Assembly: GCA_963796105.1 (NCBI GenBank)
Contig: CAWCKJ010000004.1
Location: 1,312,001 to 1,376,000, forward strand
Source of the DNA: a candidate division FCPU426 bacterium
GTDB taxonomy: Bacteria; Oederibacteriota; Muellerivitia; Muellerivitales; Muellerivitaceae
Length of the DNA stretch: 64,000 bases
Direction: 5' to 3'
The notes beneath the pieces are model-generated. The model had not been told where the DNA came from, did no database searches, and saw nothing but the letters and a program-made list of their open reading frames with translations. The first letter of the stretch is position 1. Each line of letters begins with the position of its first letter. Shown here in pieces: positions 17,868 through 27,914 of this stretch. The position numbers and the translations under genes were made by a program.

Positions 17868-20399
17868 TCAATTCGAGGTCCATTCAATGTTGTTCAGGTA
17901 AAAGGGCCCGGGGGATGCGTTACTCGCGCAGAGGCCGGTCATGCTGGACCTATATATAATCGCGAACGGATATTGAGTTGTTTGGTATTGGGTAACATTC
18001 GTCGTATAAATCGAACTGATAGGCACTGAAACATGCGTGAATGAATCCGTTGAATAAGCGGAAACGTCCAACGAGACACCCCCACTGTTATAAACGCTTA
18101 TTTGACCATCCAACCCAATTAAATACACGTTTGAAAGGGAAATTAAGGTAACGGGGTCTGAGAGTTCGACGTCAAACTGCAAGTGGCCGGAGGCATAAAA
18201 AGCGGAATAATCCTCCGCGGTGGCCGTACAAATGCTAAATAAACCCAATGGTGGATAACCGCAAAAAGCGCAAAAATCCTCTGGATAAAAAATACCCGTC
18301 AAGGACCCATTCCCCAAAATGGAGGGAATATTGCTCAGGTACCTATATTCTTTCGGGTCACAGTCATTGTCCCAAATGGACATGGGGCAACCCGCCGAAG
18401 TCATGGAGCCTTGCCATGAGTAGAAACTTCCGTTGCTGTAAATGAACTGGGTATTCCCTGTGGGCGTCATGGTCAACGTAGGGGAAAAGGTATAGGTGAA
18501 CGTCGGGGTGGGGTTCGGCGGAGGGGGGGGCGTCAGGGTGAACGTTGGGGTGTCCGGATTGCCACCCGTGTAAGTCGGGGTAAAGGTTTCTATGGGTATC
18601 AATCCCAGATTACTCGTAAATTCATTCACGGCGCAATCACCCTCCTGATCGGCAATGAACAAATCATTCGCGGAATCCAACACCAAATGGGCGGGGAAGC
18701 CAAAACCGTCAATCTCCCCCAAGTATTGCCCTTGGTTTGAGGCAATAACAATTCGCCCATTTTTAGTGTCAGATATATAAAGATTTCCCACCGAATCTAC
18801 CCCGACGCCGTAAATCCACGAGCCAAGCGATTGGTTCCAGTTTGTCCCGTTAAAAGAATTCACATATTGGTATTGCGAGTTGTATTCAGCGATTTCATAT
18901 TCAGTTGCCACATAGAGGTTCCCACTATTGTCCAATGCCACATCAATTGGATTTACCGTAGGACCGCCAGTGGTATAGTTCAGGACGGTATCGTCATCCC
19001 ATGAAACGTTCCAAACCCTGTTTCCATTACCATCGGCGACAACCAGATTTTCATTAGCATCGATCTTGACCCCGTAAGGGTTATAAAAACTTCCTTGGCC
19101 GGTCCAAACATAGTCGCTAACCGCCCCGCTGGGGCCAAGGATATAACCCACCACTCCAACTCCCAATTCGCTGGCATAAAGTTCGCCATTGTTATCTATG
19201 GCTAAACCATAGGTGTTGGCGCTGCTAGAGGGAATGTTGTAAAGCCAAGTGCCCACATTGTTGAATACTTGAATGGTGTCACCGCAACAAGTGGCGATGT
19301 AGCCGTAACCCACCGCAACTCCAACTGGGCAACTACCTCCGGGACCGGGAGTAAGTAGGGCCTGCAAACTCCATGAGCCTAAAGGAAGGCTTGTGGGAGT
19401 AGTTGTGGGAGTATTTGTATTCCCCCCTATGTTGGTGGGTGTGATTGTCGGCGTCAACGTTGATGTGCGTGTGTTCGTGACCGTGGGGGTTATTGTAGGT
19501 GATGACGTGATCGTGTCTGTGAACGTAAGTGTCGCGTGGTACCTGGGAGTCAATGTCAGGGTTACCGTCGGCGTGGGGGTCAGTGTGTCGGTAACAGTAG
19601 GTGTGTTGGTTGGGGTACTAGCATTGCAGAAATTTACATAAATCGAAAATGTATCTCCCACCGTAGACGCACCACCAGGATAGGTCAACGGAAAACTTCC
19701 CCAAGAATACGGCACATAATTAGAATTCCCGCCACTCGTATAGGCAACTTGTGTCGACCCTTGAAGCTGGCAAACCATCCAATATGCTCCGGAGTTTAAA
19801 AATACCGGTGGAACAAAAATTGTGTTCCATCCATTGGTGGCTGTTTGTGCCACAGCTTGAGTAATGAGTCCAACCGGGCCGCCGCTATCCGAATAAATTG
19901 CTGCATTTAATTCCCCAGAAGCATTTTGTAAATATACTGAAATGCTCTGGATGCCTTCATAACCCGGAAGAGATGCCTGGGCGGCCAAGAGATAACCAGC
20001 ACCTGCTGAAGATAAGCTCCCCCCAGCTGTCGTATTTCCCGCTTGCTCCGGGATAAGACAGGAAATATTTGGCGTATAGGTGGCGGTCGGTGTTTGAGTT
20101 TGTGTATTGGTAAAAGTCTTGGTGATGGTTGGAGTAAACGTAATTGTATACGTGGATGTTGCTGTTACTAGGATAGTCACGGGAGTGAAAGAAGGTGAAG
20201 GTGTTGTCGTGTTCGTGGTTGTATCAGTAGCTGTCAAGGTGCCAGGCGGGAAAGTAGGTGAATCTGTGGCTGTCGCCAGGATAGTTACCGGTTTGGGAGA
20301 AGATGGAGAGGAATTATTATTTCCGCAAGCGGTCGGGAATAACGCGAAATAAGCTAAAATTACCAGGCCGAAAATAAAAATAAAAAATGAACGGCACAT
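17868..20399 (-). CDS. NHL-repeat lipoprotein with Thr-Pro linkers
   Basis: Lipobox PTAC, (TP)n tracts, NHL repeats. Confidence 0.82.
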   Translation of the reverse strand: MCRSFFIFIFGLVILAYFALFPTACGNNNSSPSSPKPVTILATATDSPTFPPGTLTATDTTTNTTTPSPSFTPVTILVTATSTYTITFTPTITKTFTNTQTQTPTATYTPNISCLIPEQAGNTTAGGSLSSAGAGYLLAAQASLPGYEGIQSISVYLQNASGELNAAIYSDSGGPVGLITQAVAQTATNGWNTIFVPPVFLNSGAYWMVCQLQGSTQVAYTSGGNSNYVPYSWGSFPLTYPGGASTVGDTFSIYVNFCNASTPTNTPTVTDTLTPTPTVTLTLTPRYHATLTFTDTITSSPTITPTVTNTRTSTLTPTITPTNIGGNTNTPTTTPTSLPLGSWSLQALLTPGPGGSCPVGVAVGYGYIATCCGDTIQVFNNVGTWLYNIPSSSANTYGLAIDNNGELYASELGVGVVGYILGPSGAVSDYVWTGQGSFYNPYGVKIDANENLVVADGNGNRVWNVSWDDDTVLNYTTGGPTVNPIDVALDNSGNLYVATEYEIAEYNSQYQYVNSFNGTNWNQSLGSWIYGVGVDSVGNLYISDTKNGRIVIASNQGQYLGEIDGFGFPAHLVLDSANDLFIADQEGDCAVNEFTSNLGLIPIETFTPTYTGGNPDTPTFTLTPPPPPNPTPTFTYTFSPTLTMTPTGNTQFIYSNGSFYSWQGSMTSAGCPMSIWDNDCDPKEYRYLSNIPSILGNGSLTGIFYPEDFCAFCGYPPLGLFSICTATAEDYSAFYASGHLQFDVELSDPVTLISLSNVYLIGLDGQISVYNSGGVSLDVSAYSTDSFTHVSVPISSIYTTNVTQYQTTQYPFAIIYRSSMTGLCASNASPGPFYLNNIEWTSN

Positions 20400-20437
20400 A
20401 GGCACCTCACTTTCAATCTAATAGGATGAATTTAATA

Positions 20438-21589
20438 TTACTGGATTTTACGGATCAAATGGTTATCGGTATCCGCAACGTAAACGATCCCTGAATCATC
20501 GGCCACAACCCCTGCGGGCCAATAAAACGACGCGGAGGACCCCGGTCCGTTGGTCGAGCCTTGCGCGCCAGTCCCCGCCAGCGTCGACACCACCCCGTCC
20601 GCCGTAATTTTTCGGATGAGCCTATTCGACGAATCGGCTACGTAAACGCTGCCTGATGAATCGACCGCTACGCCTTCAGGACCACCGAACCCCCCCGCCA
20701 TGGTTGTTACGGAACCACTTGGAGTAATTTTGCGAATTGCATTATTCCCCGAATCCGCAACGTAAACATTTCCGGTTGCGTCGACCGCGATACCCCTGGG
20801 TTGATTAAACCTGGCGATGGACCCTTGCCCCTCGACATATCCACTGGTTACACCAGCTGAACCCGCTAAAGTCGTCACCGCGCCCCCGAGGGTGATTCTC
20901 CGGATTGTATTGTTACCGGTATCCGCTACGTAAACGTTCCCCAGTTGGTCCACAGCCACACCCCAGGGATATTTGAAGGTTGCCAAAGATCCTGGGCCAT
21001 CATCGGACCCGCTAGAACCTGTTCCCGCCAGGGTCGTTGCCGAACCTCCCTGGGGGATTTCCCAAATTACATTTCCATCCGGGAAGTAAATATCCCCGCT
21101 GGAATCGACCGCGACCCCATAGGGGCCGCCGTACCCTCCCGCGAGGGTTGAGACCGCCCCAGCTGGAGTAATTTTACGGATAAGACCGTTATATGTATCC
21201 GCGACGTAAACGTTTCCGGAAGTATCGGCCGCTATCCCAAAAGGAAAATTAAACAGTGCCCCTGATCCGGTCCCGTCAGTGGAGCCGGTAACCCCCGCCG
21301 AACCCGCGAAGGTAGACACCATTCCCCCATTGGTGGGAATGGCAGTTGGCGTATGGGTTGGGGTAAGGGTAGGGGTATTGGATTGCGTCGGGGTGTAGCT
21401 TACGGTCGGAGAATTGGTGATCGTGGGCGAGTTGGTGATCGTCGGTGTTTGGGTAATGGTGGGAGTATTGGTGGGAACGGACTTATTGGGGGAACTGGGA
21501 TTTCCGGAGGATCCGCAGGCAAGCGGCAAAATATTCAAACAAATTATTATAGAAGTAATACAGAAAAACCAAAAGCGACGCAAATCCAC
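20438..21589 (-). CDS. NHL-repeat lipoprotein (teneurin-like NHL)
   Basis: Lipobox PLAC; six PxGVAVDxxGNVYVAD..IRKI repeats. Confidence 0.9.
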   Translation of the reverse strand: MDLRRFWFFCITSIIICLNILPLACGSSGNPSSPNKSVPTNTPTITQTPTITNSPTITNSPTVSYTPTQSNTPTLTPTHTPTAIPTNGGMVSTFAGSAGVTGSTDGTGSGALFNFPFGIAADTSGNVYVADTYNGLIRKITPAGAVSTLAGGYGGPYGVAVDSSGDIYFPDGNVIWEIPQGGSATTLAGTGSSGSDDGPGSLATFKYPWGVAVDQLGNVYVADTGNNTIRRITLGGAVTTLAGSAGVTSGYVEGQGSIARFNQPRGIAVDATGNVYVADSGNNAIRKITPSGSVTTMAGGFGGPEGVAVDSSGSVYVADSSNRLIRKITADGVVSTLAGTGAQGSTNGPGSSASFYWPAGVVADDSGIVYVADTDNHLIRKIQ

Positions 21590-21614
21590 GGGAAACTCCC
21601 ATTAAAGGTCTAAA

Positions 21615-21712
21615 TAAAATCCGAAAGAGAAAAAGACCTTCGGAAGTCTCCCCTACGATTAGAAACAACCGCCAAATACTACCCCCGATACATATACAGG
21701 TCAACAAAGTTA
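21615..21712 (-). promoter_or_regulatory. Sigma70 promoter plus conserved leader, copy 2
   Basis: TTGACC-17-TAGTAT, then hairpin AGACTTCCGAAGGTCT and a T-run. Confidence 0.75.
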
Positions 21713-22039
21713 AACGGTTAAGAAAGGGTTTTTCAGGTATTACAGAATTTAATTAGTTCTTTACAGACGAGATTTAACGGAATAGCGCTGTATGACCTGT
21801 ATGAACAGTTCCCTTTAAGCATTATTGGGGGAAAAGACAAAACATCCGCGAGGCAGGAAAAGTTATGAAAAAGCCTGGACAGCTTTAAAGTAAGGCGCAG
21901 GTCATCCAAAACCTCAAGTTGAGGATGAGGAAGCCGGCACTGAATCTAAACAGATTCAGCGCTGGTCGCCCGAGAACACCAGTCAAGGGTGATGATTAGC
22001 AGTACAGGTTCACTATGAACCTGTGCCGACCGACCCCAA

Positions 22040-22480
22040 CGGTGTTTATCCGCCCTCGCCCACAACCCCTGTGTTGAGACTTCAAGTCGAAACACGAGAC
22101 TTGGGTGTGCCGAATCATCATTAAAAAGATTCGGTAAAGAGGGGCAAAGGTCGATAATGCCAACTCAATAAGAGTTGGTGACGCCGCCCCTGGATCGGTT
22201 TTCTTCAACGGTGTTTTACGTCTTGGGGAGCTCCGGGGGGAACTGTCTCCCCCGGACTATCGGTTTATCAAAGGGGTAACGTAGGGGGCTTCACTCCTAC
22301 GAGCAGAGCTAGGGGTGTGGGGGGGCGTGGGGATCGCCTTCCTGCGTCGAGGCCACAACCCCTACGCCACAGCCACAAGCCGGGGCGTATGTCTTGGGTG
22401 TGCCGAATCAATTATAAAAAGATTCGGCAAAGAGACGCCTGACTTGGGTGTGCTGGTTCAATAAAGGAACCAGCCACCCG
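22040..22480. repeat. Cluster of REP-like hairpins
   Basis: CTTGGGTGTGCCGAATCA..AAAAGATTCGG at ~22100 and ~22394; GATAATGCCAACTC.ATAA.AGTTGGT also at ~25222; GTAGG..CCTAC hairpin. Confidence 0.65.
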
Positions 22481-22532
22481 GGCTAAGTGAGGATTTAAGG
22501 GAGAGGGTTTGCTACAGGTAGGAAAAATTTAT

Positions 22533-22760
22533 TTATTTTTTAGGCAATACCAGGGGGGAAACCTGTTTCGCTCCCCTCTTGGCTGTCCCACTGATCTTAC
22601 GGACAGGCTTGGCCTTTTTAATATGGCGACCCATAGAATGGTCCCTCTCGTGTTCAAGGACCCACTGGGGTTTTTCGATTCTCCGTGGGGTCTGCGCCCA
22701 GACCATAGTCCCTACTACCGCCGTGAATAGGATGACAACCGCCAATAGAATCTTTTTCAT
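22533..22760 (-). CDS. Small basic secreted protein
   Basis: MKKILLAVVIL...VWA-Q signal peptide; Lys/Arg-rich mature part. Confidence 0.6.
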   Translation of the reverse strand: MKKILLAVVILFTAVVGTMVWAQTPRRIEKPQWVLEHERDHSMGRHIKKAKPVRKISGTAKRGAKQVSPLVLPKK

Positions 22761-22825
22761 GGTTTTAACTCCACAGATTTGATTTGGATTGCCTTCCACA
22801 TTCAAAATTTGAATCATTTCGTTAA

Positions 22826-23899
22826 TTATTCCAGGTTGCATCCCGCAGCCCTGAGTTCCGCTTCCTCGGTCAGCACGTTCGGGCTCGTAAGTGGGTTGCC
22901 GGTTAGTACAGAAACAATGGTTGCGTTGTTTCCAAGCCCAGAATTGTTCACCAGGGGCTGTAAATCCACAATTTGGTTATTGTTCAAGAACAAATCTTCC
23001 AGGTGCATCAACCCAGAAAGGGGTGTGAGGTCGCTGATCTGGTTGTATGAAAGGTATAGATATCCCAAATGCGTCAGTCCAGACAGGACAGTTATGGTGG
23101 TGATTTGGTTGTTCTCGAGAACCAAGTAATAAATTTGCGTCAAATTGGACAGGATTGAAATGTCGCTGACCTGGTTATCGGCAAGGTTCAGGTATCCCAA
23201 TTGCGTCAGTCCAGACAGTGCCGAGATGTCGCTGATCTGATTAGAAGATAGGTCCAATTCCATCAAATTTGTAAGGTTGGATAAGGGAGCAAGATCGGCG
23301 ATTTGGTTGTTGTTGAGGCTTAAGTACTGCAACCCCGTGAGGCCAGCGATGGGAGTGAGATCGGTGATATGGTTGCCGTTGAGGCTCAAGTTCGTCACTG
23401 CGGAACAATATTCCAACCCTTCCAGGTTGGTGACGCCGTCGGAATTAAAATACAAATCGGTAATGGTGGCCATGTCACATTGGGTAATGATATCTGAGGT
23501 GCTTGCAATGATTCCGTTGTTAATCAATACGGTTTGGACTGCCGACAAAAGGTTGGGGTCCGGAATATTCACTGGTAAAGAACAAGCAACTGTGGGATTA
23601 ACCGTGACGGTGATCGTCGGGGTATAGGTCGAGGTCCCCGTTGGAGTAATCGTAGGCGTATATGTAATGGTAAGGGTGTTTGTAGGAGTGGAGGTGATCG
23701 TCGGTGTGATAGTTGGAGTGTTGGTGGAAGTATTTATGGGTACAGGGGTATTGCTTAAACTCGGGGTTGGACTGGGCGTGATGGTGGGGCTGGAGGAGGG
23801 TGGAACCGCCGCGGATCCACTGGCCATAAAATTGTGGGTACAAGCCATCGTAAGAATACTTAATCCCAAAAACAGAAATAGGCACTTTTTCATATTCAT
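22826..23899 (-). CDS. Internalin-like leucine-rich-repeat lipoprotein
   Basis: Lipobox TMAC; Thr-Pro linker; 22-aa LxxLxLxxNQIxDxxxLSxL repeats; IPDPNL cap. Confidence 0.9.
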   Translation of the reverse strand: MNMKKCLFLFLGLSILTMACTHNFMASGSAAVPPSSSPTITPSPTPSLSNTPVPINTSTNTPTITPTITSTPTNTLTITYTPTITPTGTSTYTPTITVTVNPTVACSLPVNIPDPNLLSAVQTVLINNGIIASTSDIITQCDMATITDLYFNSDGVTNLEGLEYCSAVTNLSLNGNHITDLTPIAGLTGLQYLSLNNNQIADLAPLSNLTNLMELDLSSNQISDISALSGLTQLGYLNLADNQVSDISILSNLTQIYYLVLENNQITTITVLSGLTHLGYLYLSYNQISDLTPLSGLMHLEDLFLNNNQIVDLQPLVNNSGLGNNATIVSVLTGNPLTSPNVLTEEAELRAAGCNLE

Positions 23900-24084
23900 C
23901 CGCTTTGACGCCTTTTTATTACCTTCAATAGTATACGTCGAAGGTGGAGGTTTTATTCCATGGTTTCACTGATTAAATAAAAAAATCTTTATGGGGTAAG
24001 AACAGGTCTTTTACAAGCCAACCCCCCCGGAATACCCCTATTCCGGCGCATCTTCGTTCATTCCGGCATAATATGAAGCCGGGA

Positions 24085-24990
24085 TTAATATGTCGCCTGG
24101 TTGAAACTTCCGGGTTGGCCCGGCTGAGCGGGAGAAACCGCTGTGCCGCCTTGAACGGAATAGGTTCCGCTAAAATTATTAACCGAGTGGGATGAAAGAA
24201 CAATAATTCCACCACCTCCACCACCCGAGTTGTCGGCCCTAGCGCTGGTATCCGCGATGCCTGATCCTCCGTTGGCCTGTAAATATCCACTTCCTTCAAT
24301 GTCGTTGGCCATAATATAAATAGACCCTCCTGATCCCGACCCTGGTAATCCCCCCGAACAATTAATACTATCCCCCCCATTCGCACTCACCAAACCGTTA
24401 AAGGTTGCCGATCCATTAGGTGCTTGTATTAAAATCATCCCACCGCCTGGCCTCCCTCCTATCGGGCAAGTTCCACTCCCACCCGGACTTCCTCCATAGG
24501 ACGGGGCCATTGTATTGTCATAAGCCGCTCCTCCAGCATTCCCAAGACCATCCTGCCCTCCTGTTCCTCCGTGCCCGGCACCAGCACTGCTGGTTAAATT
24601 AGCCGGTGTTCCCGTTGTTCCGTTAGTGCTTCCTGCTGTTAAAGTACTTCCGCTGTCCATGACGAAATAATTAGAAACATTTAAGGTTACCGATCCCCCT
24701 GCTAAGGTCCCTCCCGCAGCTATGTGGATATAGGAATAAGAGAAGGTTCCACCGCCGATGCTAACCCAGGAAGTAATATCCCAGCCACCGGGAGTGGCAC
24801 TTGGGGTCACTGTTGCCGTGTTAGTGGGAGTTGTGGTCATTGTTTGGGTTAATGTCATTGTAGCCGTATAAGTGGAGGTTGCAGCTACGGCTGGTGCAGG
24901 AGGTGGTGCGGAACTAATTTTTCTCTCACATCCGTAAAATCCCAGCACAATGAGGGCCAAACAAACAAAAAATGTATTTAAAAACCTCAT
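24085..24990 (-). CDS. Gly-rich lipoprotein
   Basis: Lipobox FYGC; GAGHGG, GGGMILI, GSGSGGSI repeats. Confidence 0.75.
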   Translation of the reverse strand: MRFLNTFFVCLALIVLGFYGCERKISSAPPPAPAVAATSTYTATMTLTQTMTTTPTNTATVTPSATPGGWDITSWVSIGGGTFSYSYIHIAAGGTLAGGSVTLNVSNYFVMDSGSTLTAGSTNGTTGTPANLTSSAGAGHGGTGGQDGLGNAGGAAYDNTMAPSYGGSPGGSGTCPIGGRPGGGMILIQAPNGSATFNGLVSANGGDSINCSGGLPGSGSGGSIYIMANDIEGSGYLQANGGSGIADTSARADNSGGGGGGIIVLSSHSVNNFSGTYSVQGGTAVSPAQPGQPGSFNQATY

Positions 24991-25271
24991 AAACAGCCTC
25001 CTGGTATCACCTTTACTTCTTATCCTTATAGTGATGACCAAGAACTGTTTATTCCATCTCCTATCGTTTTTATTTCTTGGATTTACGGTCTTTGGATGGG
25101 TTTTAAAGCTTTTAAAAACGAATTTTAAGAAAATATTAAAAGAACTTAAATTCGAACGGAATTAGCGCAGGCCATCCGAGACCATTATCCGCCTTCACCC
25201 TCCAGGTGAAGGGCGACGGTTGATAATGCCAACTCCATAAAAGTTGGTACAAGTCGAGCAAAACAACCATA

Positions 25272-25640
25272 GGGGTCAGGCCATCATTCATCACTTTACA
25301 AATGGTGTGAGTTGTTTACAATGCCCTAATGCCAAGACCTAAACGGATCCATTATGAAGGGGCGGTTTACCATGTGACCTCGCGCGGTAATGAAAGGCGA
25401 AAGATTGTTATGAATGACGCCGACCGCTGGATGTTTATTCGGTTATTGGGGGAAATGGTTGAAGAGAATGATGTGTTATGTCACGCTTGGGTGTTGATGG
25501 ATAATCATTACCATTTGATGCTGGAAACCCCAAGCGCGAATTTATCAACAGCCATGAAACATTTAAACGCCCAATACACACAAAAATTCAATAAAAAGCA
25601 TTATCGGAACGGGCATTTGTTCCAGGGGCGGTATAAGGAC
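25272..25640 (+). pseudogene. RAYT left end plus 3'-truncated transposase copy (ATG at 25329)
   Basis: Near-identical to 25784-26150; breaks after GHLFQGRYK and fuses to unrelated sequence. Confidence 0.9.
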
Positions 25641-25783
25641 AAAAAACTAAAATTTGAAAAATTCTTTTTTATTATTGTTTTGTTTCTAAACGCTTTCACA
25701 TGGAATATTTTGTTTTGTGAAGCAGGCCCGATTCAACCCCTTTCTGCTGTTACCATCATGTTGGATCAACCTAACAAACCATA

Positions 25784-26798
25784 GGGGTCAGGCCATCATT
25801 CATCACTTTACAAATAGTGTGAGTTGTTTACAATGTCCTAATGCCAAGGCCTAAACGGATCCATTATGAGGGGGCGGTTTACCATGTAACCTCGCGCGGT
25901 AATGAACGGCGAAAGATTGTTATGAATGACGCCGACCGCTGGATGTTTATTCGGTTATTGGGGGAAATGGTTGAAGAGAATGGTGTGTTATGTCACGCTT
26001 GGGTATTGATGGATAATCATTACCATTTGATGCTGGAAACCCCAAGCGCGAATTTATCAACAGCCATGAAACATTTAAACGCCCAATACACACAAAAATT
26101 CAATAAAAAGCATTATCGGAATGGGCATTTGTTCCAGGGGCGGTATAAGGCCATTATTGTGGAGAAAGACAGTTATTTAAAGGAATTAAGCCGGTATGTG
26201 GTATTGAATCCGGTAAGGGCCCGGATGGTAAAACACCCCAAAGACTGGAAGTGGAGTAGTTATCGGGCGACAGCGGGATTTGATAGGGCGGAAAAATGGC
26301 TGAAAGTGGACTGGTTATTAGGGCAGTTTGGAAAGGAAAGAAAAAAGGCGCAAAAATCATACAGGACTTTTGTGGAAGAGGGGATGGGGAAGAAAGAAAA
26401 GCCTTGGGATGATTTGTATTCGCGTATATACCTGGGTGGTAAGGAGTTTTTGGAAAAAGTCCACGAAGTAGGGCAACGTCACAAACATTTGGATGTACCG
26501 AAATATCAGAAACACGTGGTAAAGCAAGATCCGAAAGAAGTGCTGGAGAAAGTAGGGAGAATGTATGGCGAAAAACCGGAGGAAATATTGAGAGCAGGCA
26601 AAAGGGAGTCGGAAGCCCGGGATATGGCGATATATTTATTAAAGAGAAAATCAGGAATGAGTTCCAAGGCGATAGGAATGAAGATGGGGGTGGGGGAAAG
26701 CGCGGTGGGAAACCGATTGATGAAGATCAAAAAAAGGTTGGCGGAAGACGAAAAATTTGCACGAAAGCTGATAAAGTGATGAATGATGGCCTGACCCC
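25784..26798 (+). mobile_element. Complete RAYT-like element with perfect 27-bp TIRs
   Basis: GGGGTCAGGCCATCATTCATCACTTTA (25784-25810) and its exact reverse complement (26772-26798). Confidence 0.88.
25841..26779 (+). CDS. RAYT-like Y1 (HUH) transposase with C-terminal DnaA-like HTH
   Basis: YHVTSRGN, MDNHYHL (HUH), GHLFQGRY, RYVVLNPVRA, WSSY. Confidence 0.93.
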   Translation: MPRPKRIHYEGAVYHVTSRGNERRKIVMNDADRWMFIRLLGEMVEENGVLCHAWVLMDNHYHLMLETPSANLSTAMKHLNAQYTQKFNKKHYRNGHLFQGRYKAIIVEKDSYLKELSRYVVLNPVRARMVKHPKDWKWSSYRATAGFDRAEKWLKVDWLLGQFGKERKKAQKSYRTFVEEGMGKKEKPWDDLYSRIYLGGKEFLEKVHEVGQRHKHLDVPKYQKHVVKQDPKEVLEKVGRMYGEKPEEILRAGKRESEARDMAIYLLKRKSGMSSKAIGMKMGVGESAVGNRLMKIKKRLAEDEKFARKLIK

Positions 26799-26806
26799 AT
26801 TGTTCC

Positions 26807-26926
26807 GGGGTGGGGGAAAGCGCGGTGGGAAACCGATTGATGAAGATCAAAAAAAGGTTGGCGGAAGACGAAAAGTTTGCACGAAAGCTGATAAAGTGAT
26901 GAATGATGGCCTGACCCCATTGTTCT
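26807..26926 (+). repeat. 120-bp tandem duplication of the RAYT 3' end and right TIR
   Basis: Near-identical to 26687-26806. Confidence 0.92.
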
Positions 26927-26971
26927 TGAGGAAAAGATTCGTAATGCTGTTTTCAAGACCTGACCCTTATG
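26924..26971 (+). mobile_element. Right end of the second RAYT subtype
   Basis: Matches 13847-13893 (TTGAGGAAAAGATTCGTAATGC.GTTTTCAAGACCTGACCCTTAT). Confidence 0.88.
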
Positions 26972-26989
26972 TTTTGTGAAATCTGGACC

Positions 26990-27537
26990 TTAGGCGATTC
27001 TTCATTGATGACATCATCACCGTCCCATAAAAATTGCTTGGTTTCCAAGTTTCCGGATGAGATGGTTTCCGTATCACTGATTCTCATACCCGTATAGTCA
27101 TAACCAAAAATGGATTTGGTCCCATTGGGCAGGTTGACCTGGATTAAATGGTTTTGGGTGTCATAGGTGTAGCCGGTATCCTGGCTTCCATTCATTTTAT
27201 TGGCCATATTCCCATTGCCGTCGTACTGGAAGGTTTCCGTGCCGGCTGTTTTAAGCGAATTATTGTCGCGGTAGGTGTAAGTCGTCGTTTGGGGCCCAAC
27301 AGTTATGGAGAGACGGTTGCCCACAGGGTCATAGGTGTAACTGGCTGCTGGCCGGTCGGGATATGCCACGCTCGTTAACTGGTAGATATTGTCATAGCCA
27401 TAAGTAGTCTTGCCGATGTTGTCAATCACATATTGGCGGTTTCCGGCGTCATCATATTGATACGTGAATTGGCTGATGATTTCGCCGGAATCCTTCTTAT
27501 TTAATACCGAAAGAATATTGTAATCGGGGTCATAGGT
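26990..27537 (-). pseudogene. Internal RHS/YD-repeat protein fragment
   Basis: YTYDPVGNR, YDGNGN, YTYD.QNHL; neither N-terminus nor PxG core end present. Confidence 0.85.
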
Positions 27538-27586
27538 TGCACACCATCCTTTTTGCGACAGGCATGTGCAGGTCTTTTAACCGATT

Positions 27587-27829
27587 CTAATTAAGAAAAG
27601 TGGCCATCGGCAATGGTTCATCCAAGTTGACATCAACAGCCCGAAAATGTGGTATTGCATTTTGAAAAAATGGTTTCACATATCCACAAGCAACCCAACT
27701 TCTTAAATCAAAACGCAATAAATCCGGAATGTTTATCGCGTTGACCTTTTTCAGATCGTTGGAAATCTTTTCCACTTCTTCCAAAATGGATTCTTTACTT
27801 CGAGGAACCAATTCCAATGAAATTCTCAT
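27587..27829 (-). pseudogene. N-terminal fragment of a methylenetetrahydrofolate reductase-like protein
   Basis: ISLELVPRS, INIPDLLRF..RSW, IPHFRAVD; only 80 aa. Confidence 0.7.
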
Positions 27830-27914
27830 GTGTTTGACACCCGCTCCCAATCATTTTCTAATGGCCATTTCCCTATCCACGAAGGGTCCCCCGAGCAAAC
27901 AACTTCAAAAAATC

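Noticed and set aside
21684..21810. LexA boxes
   Set aside because: CTGT half-sites lack a correctly spaced ACAG
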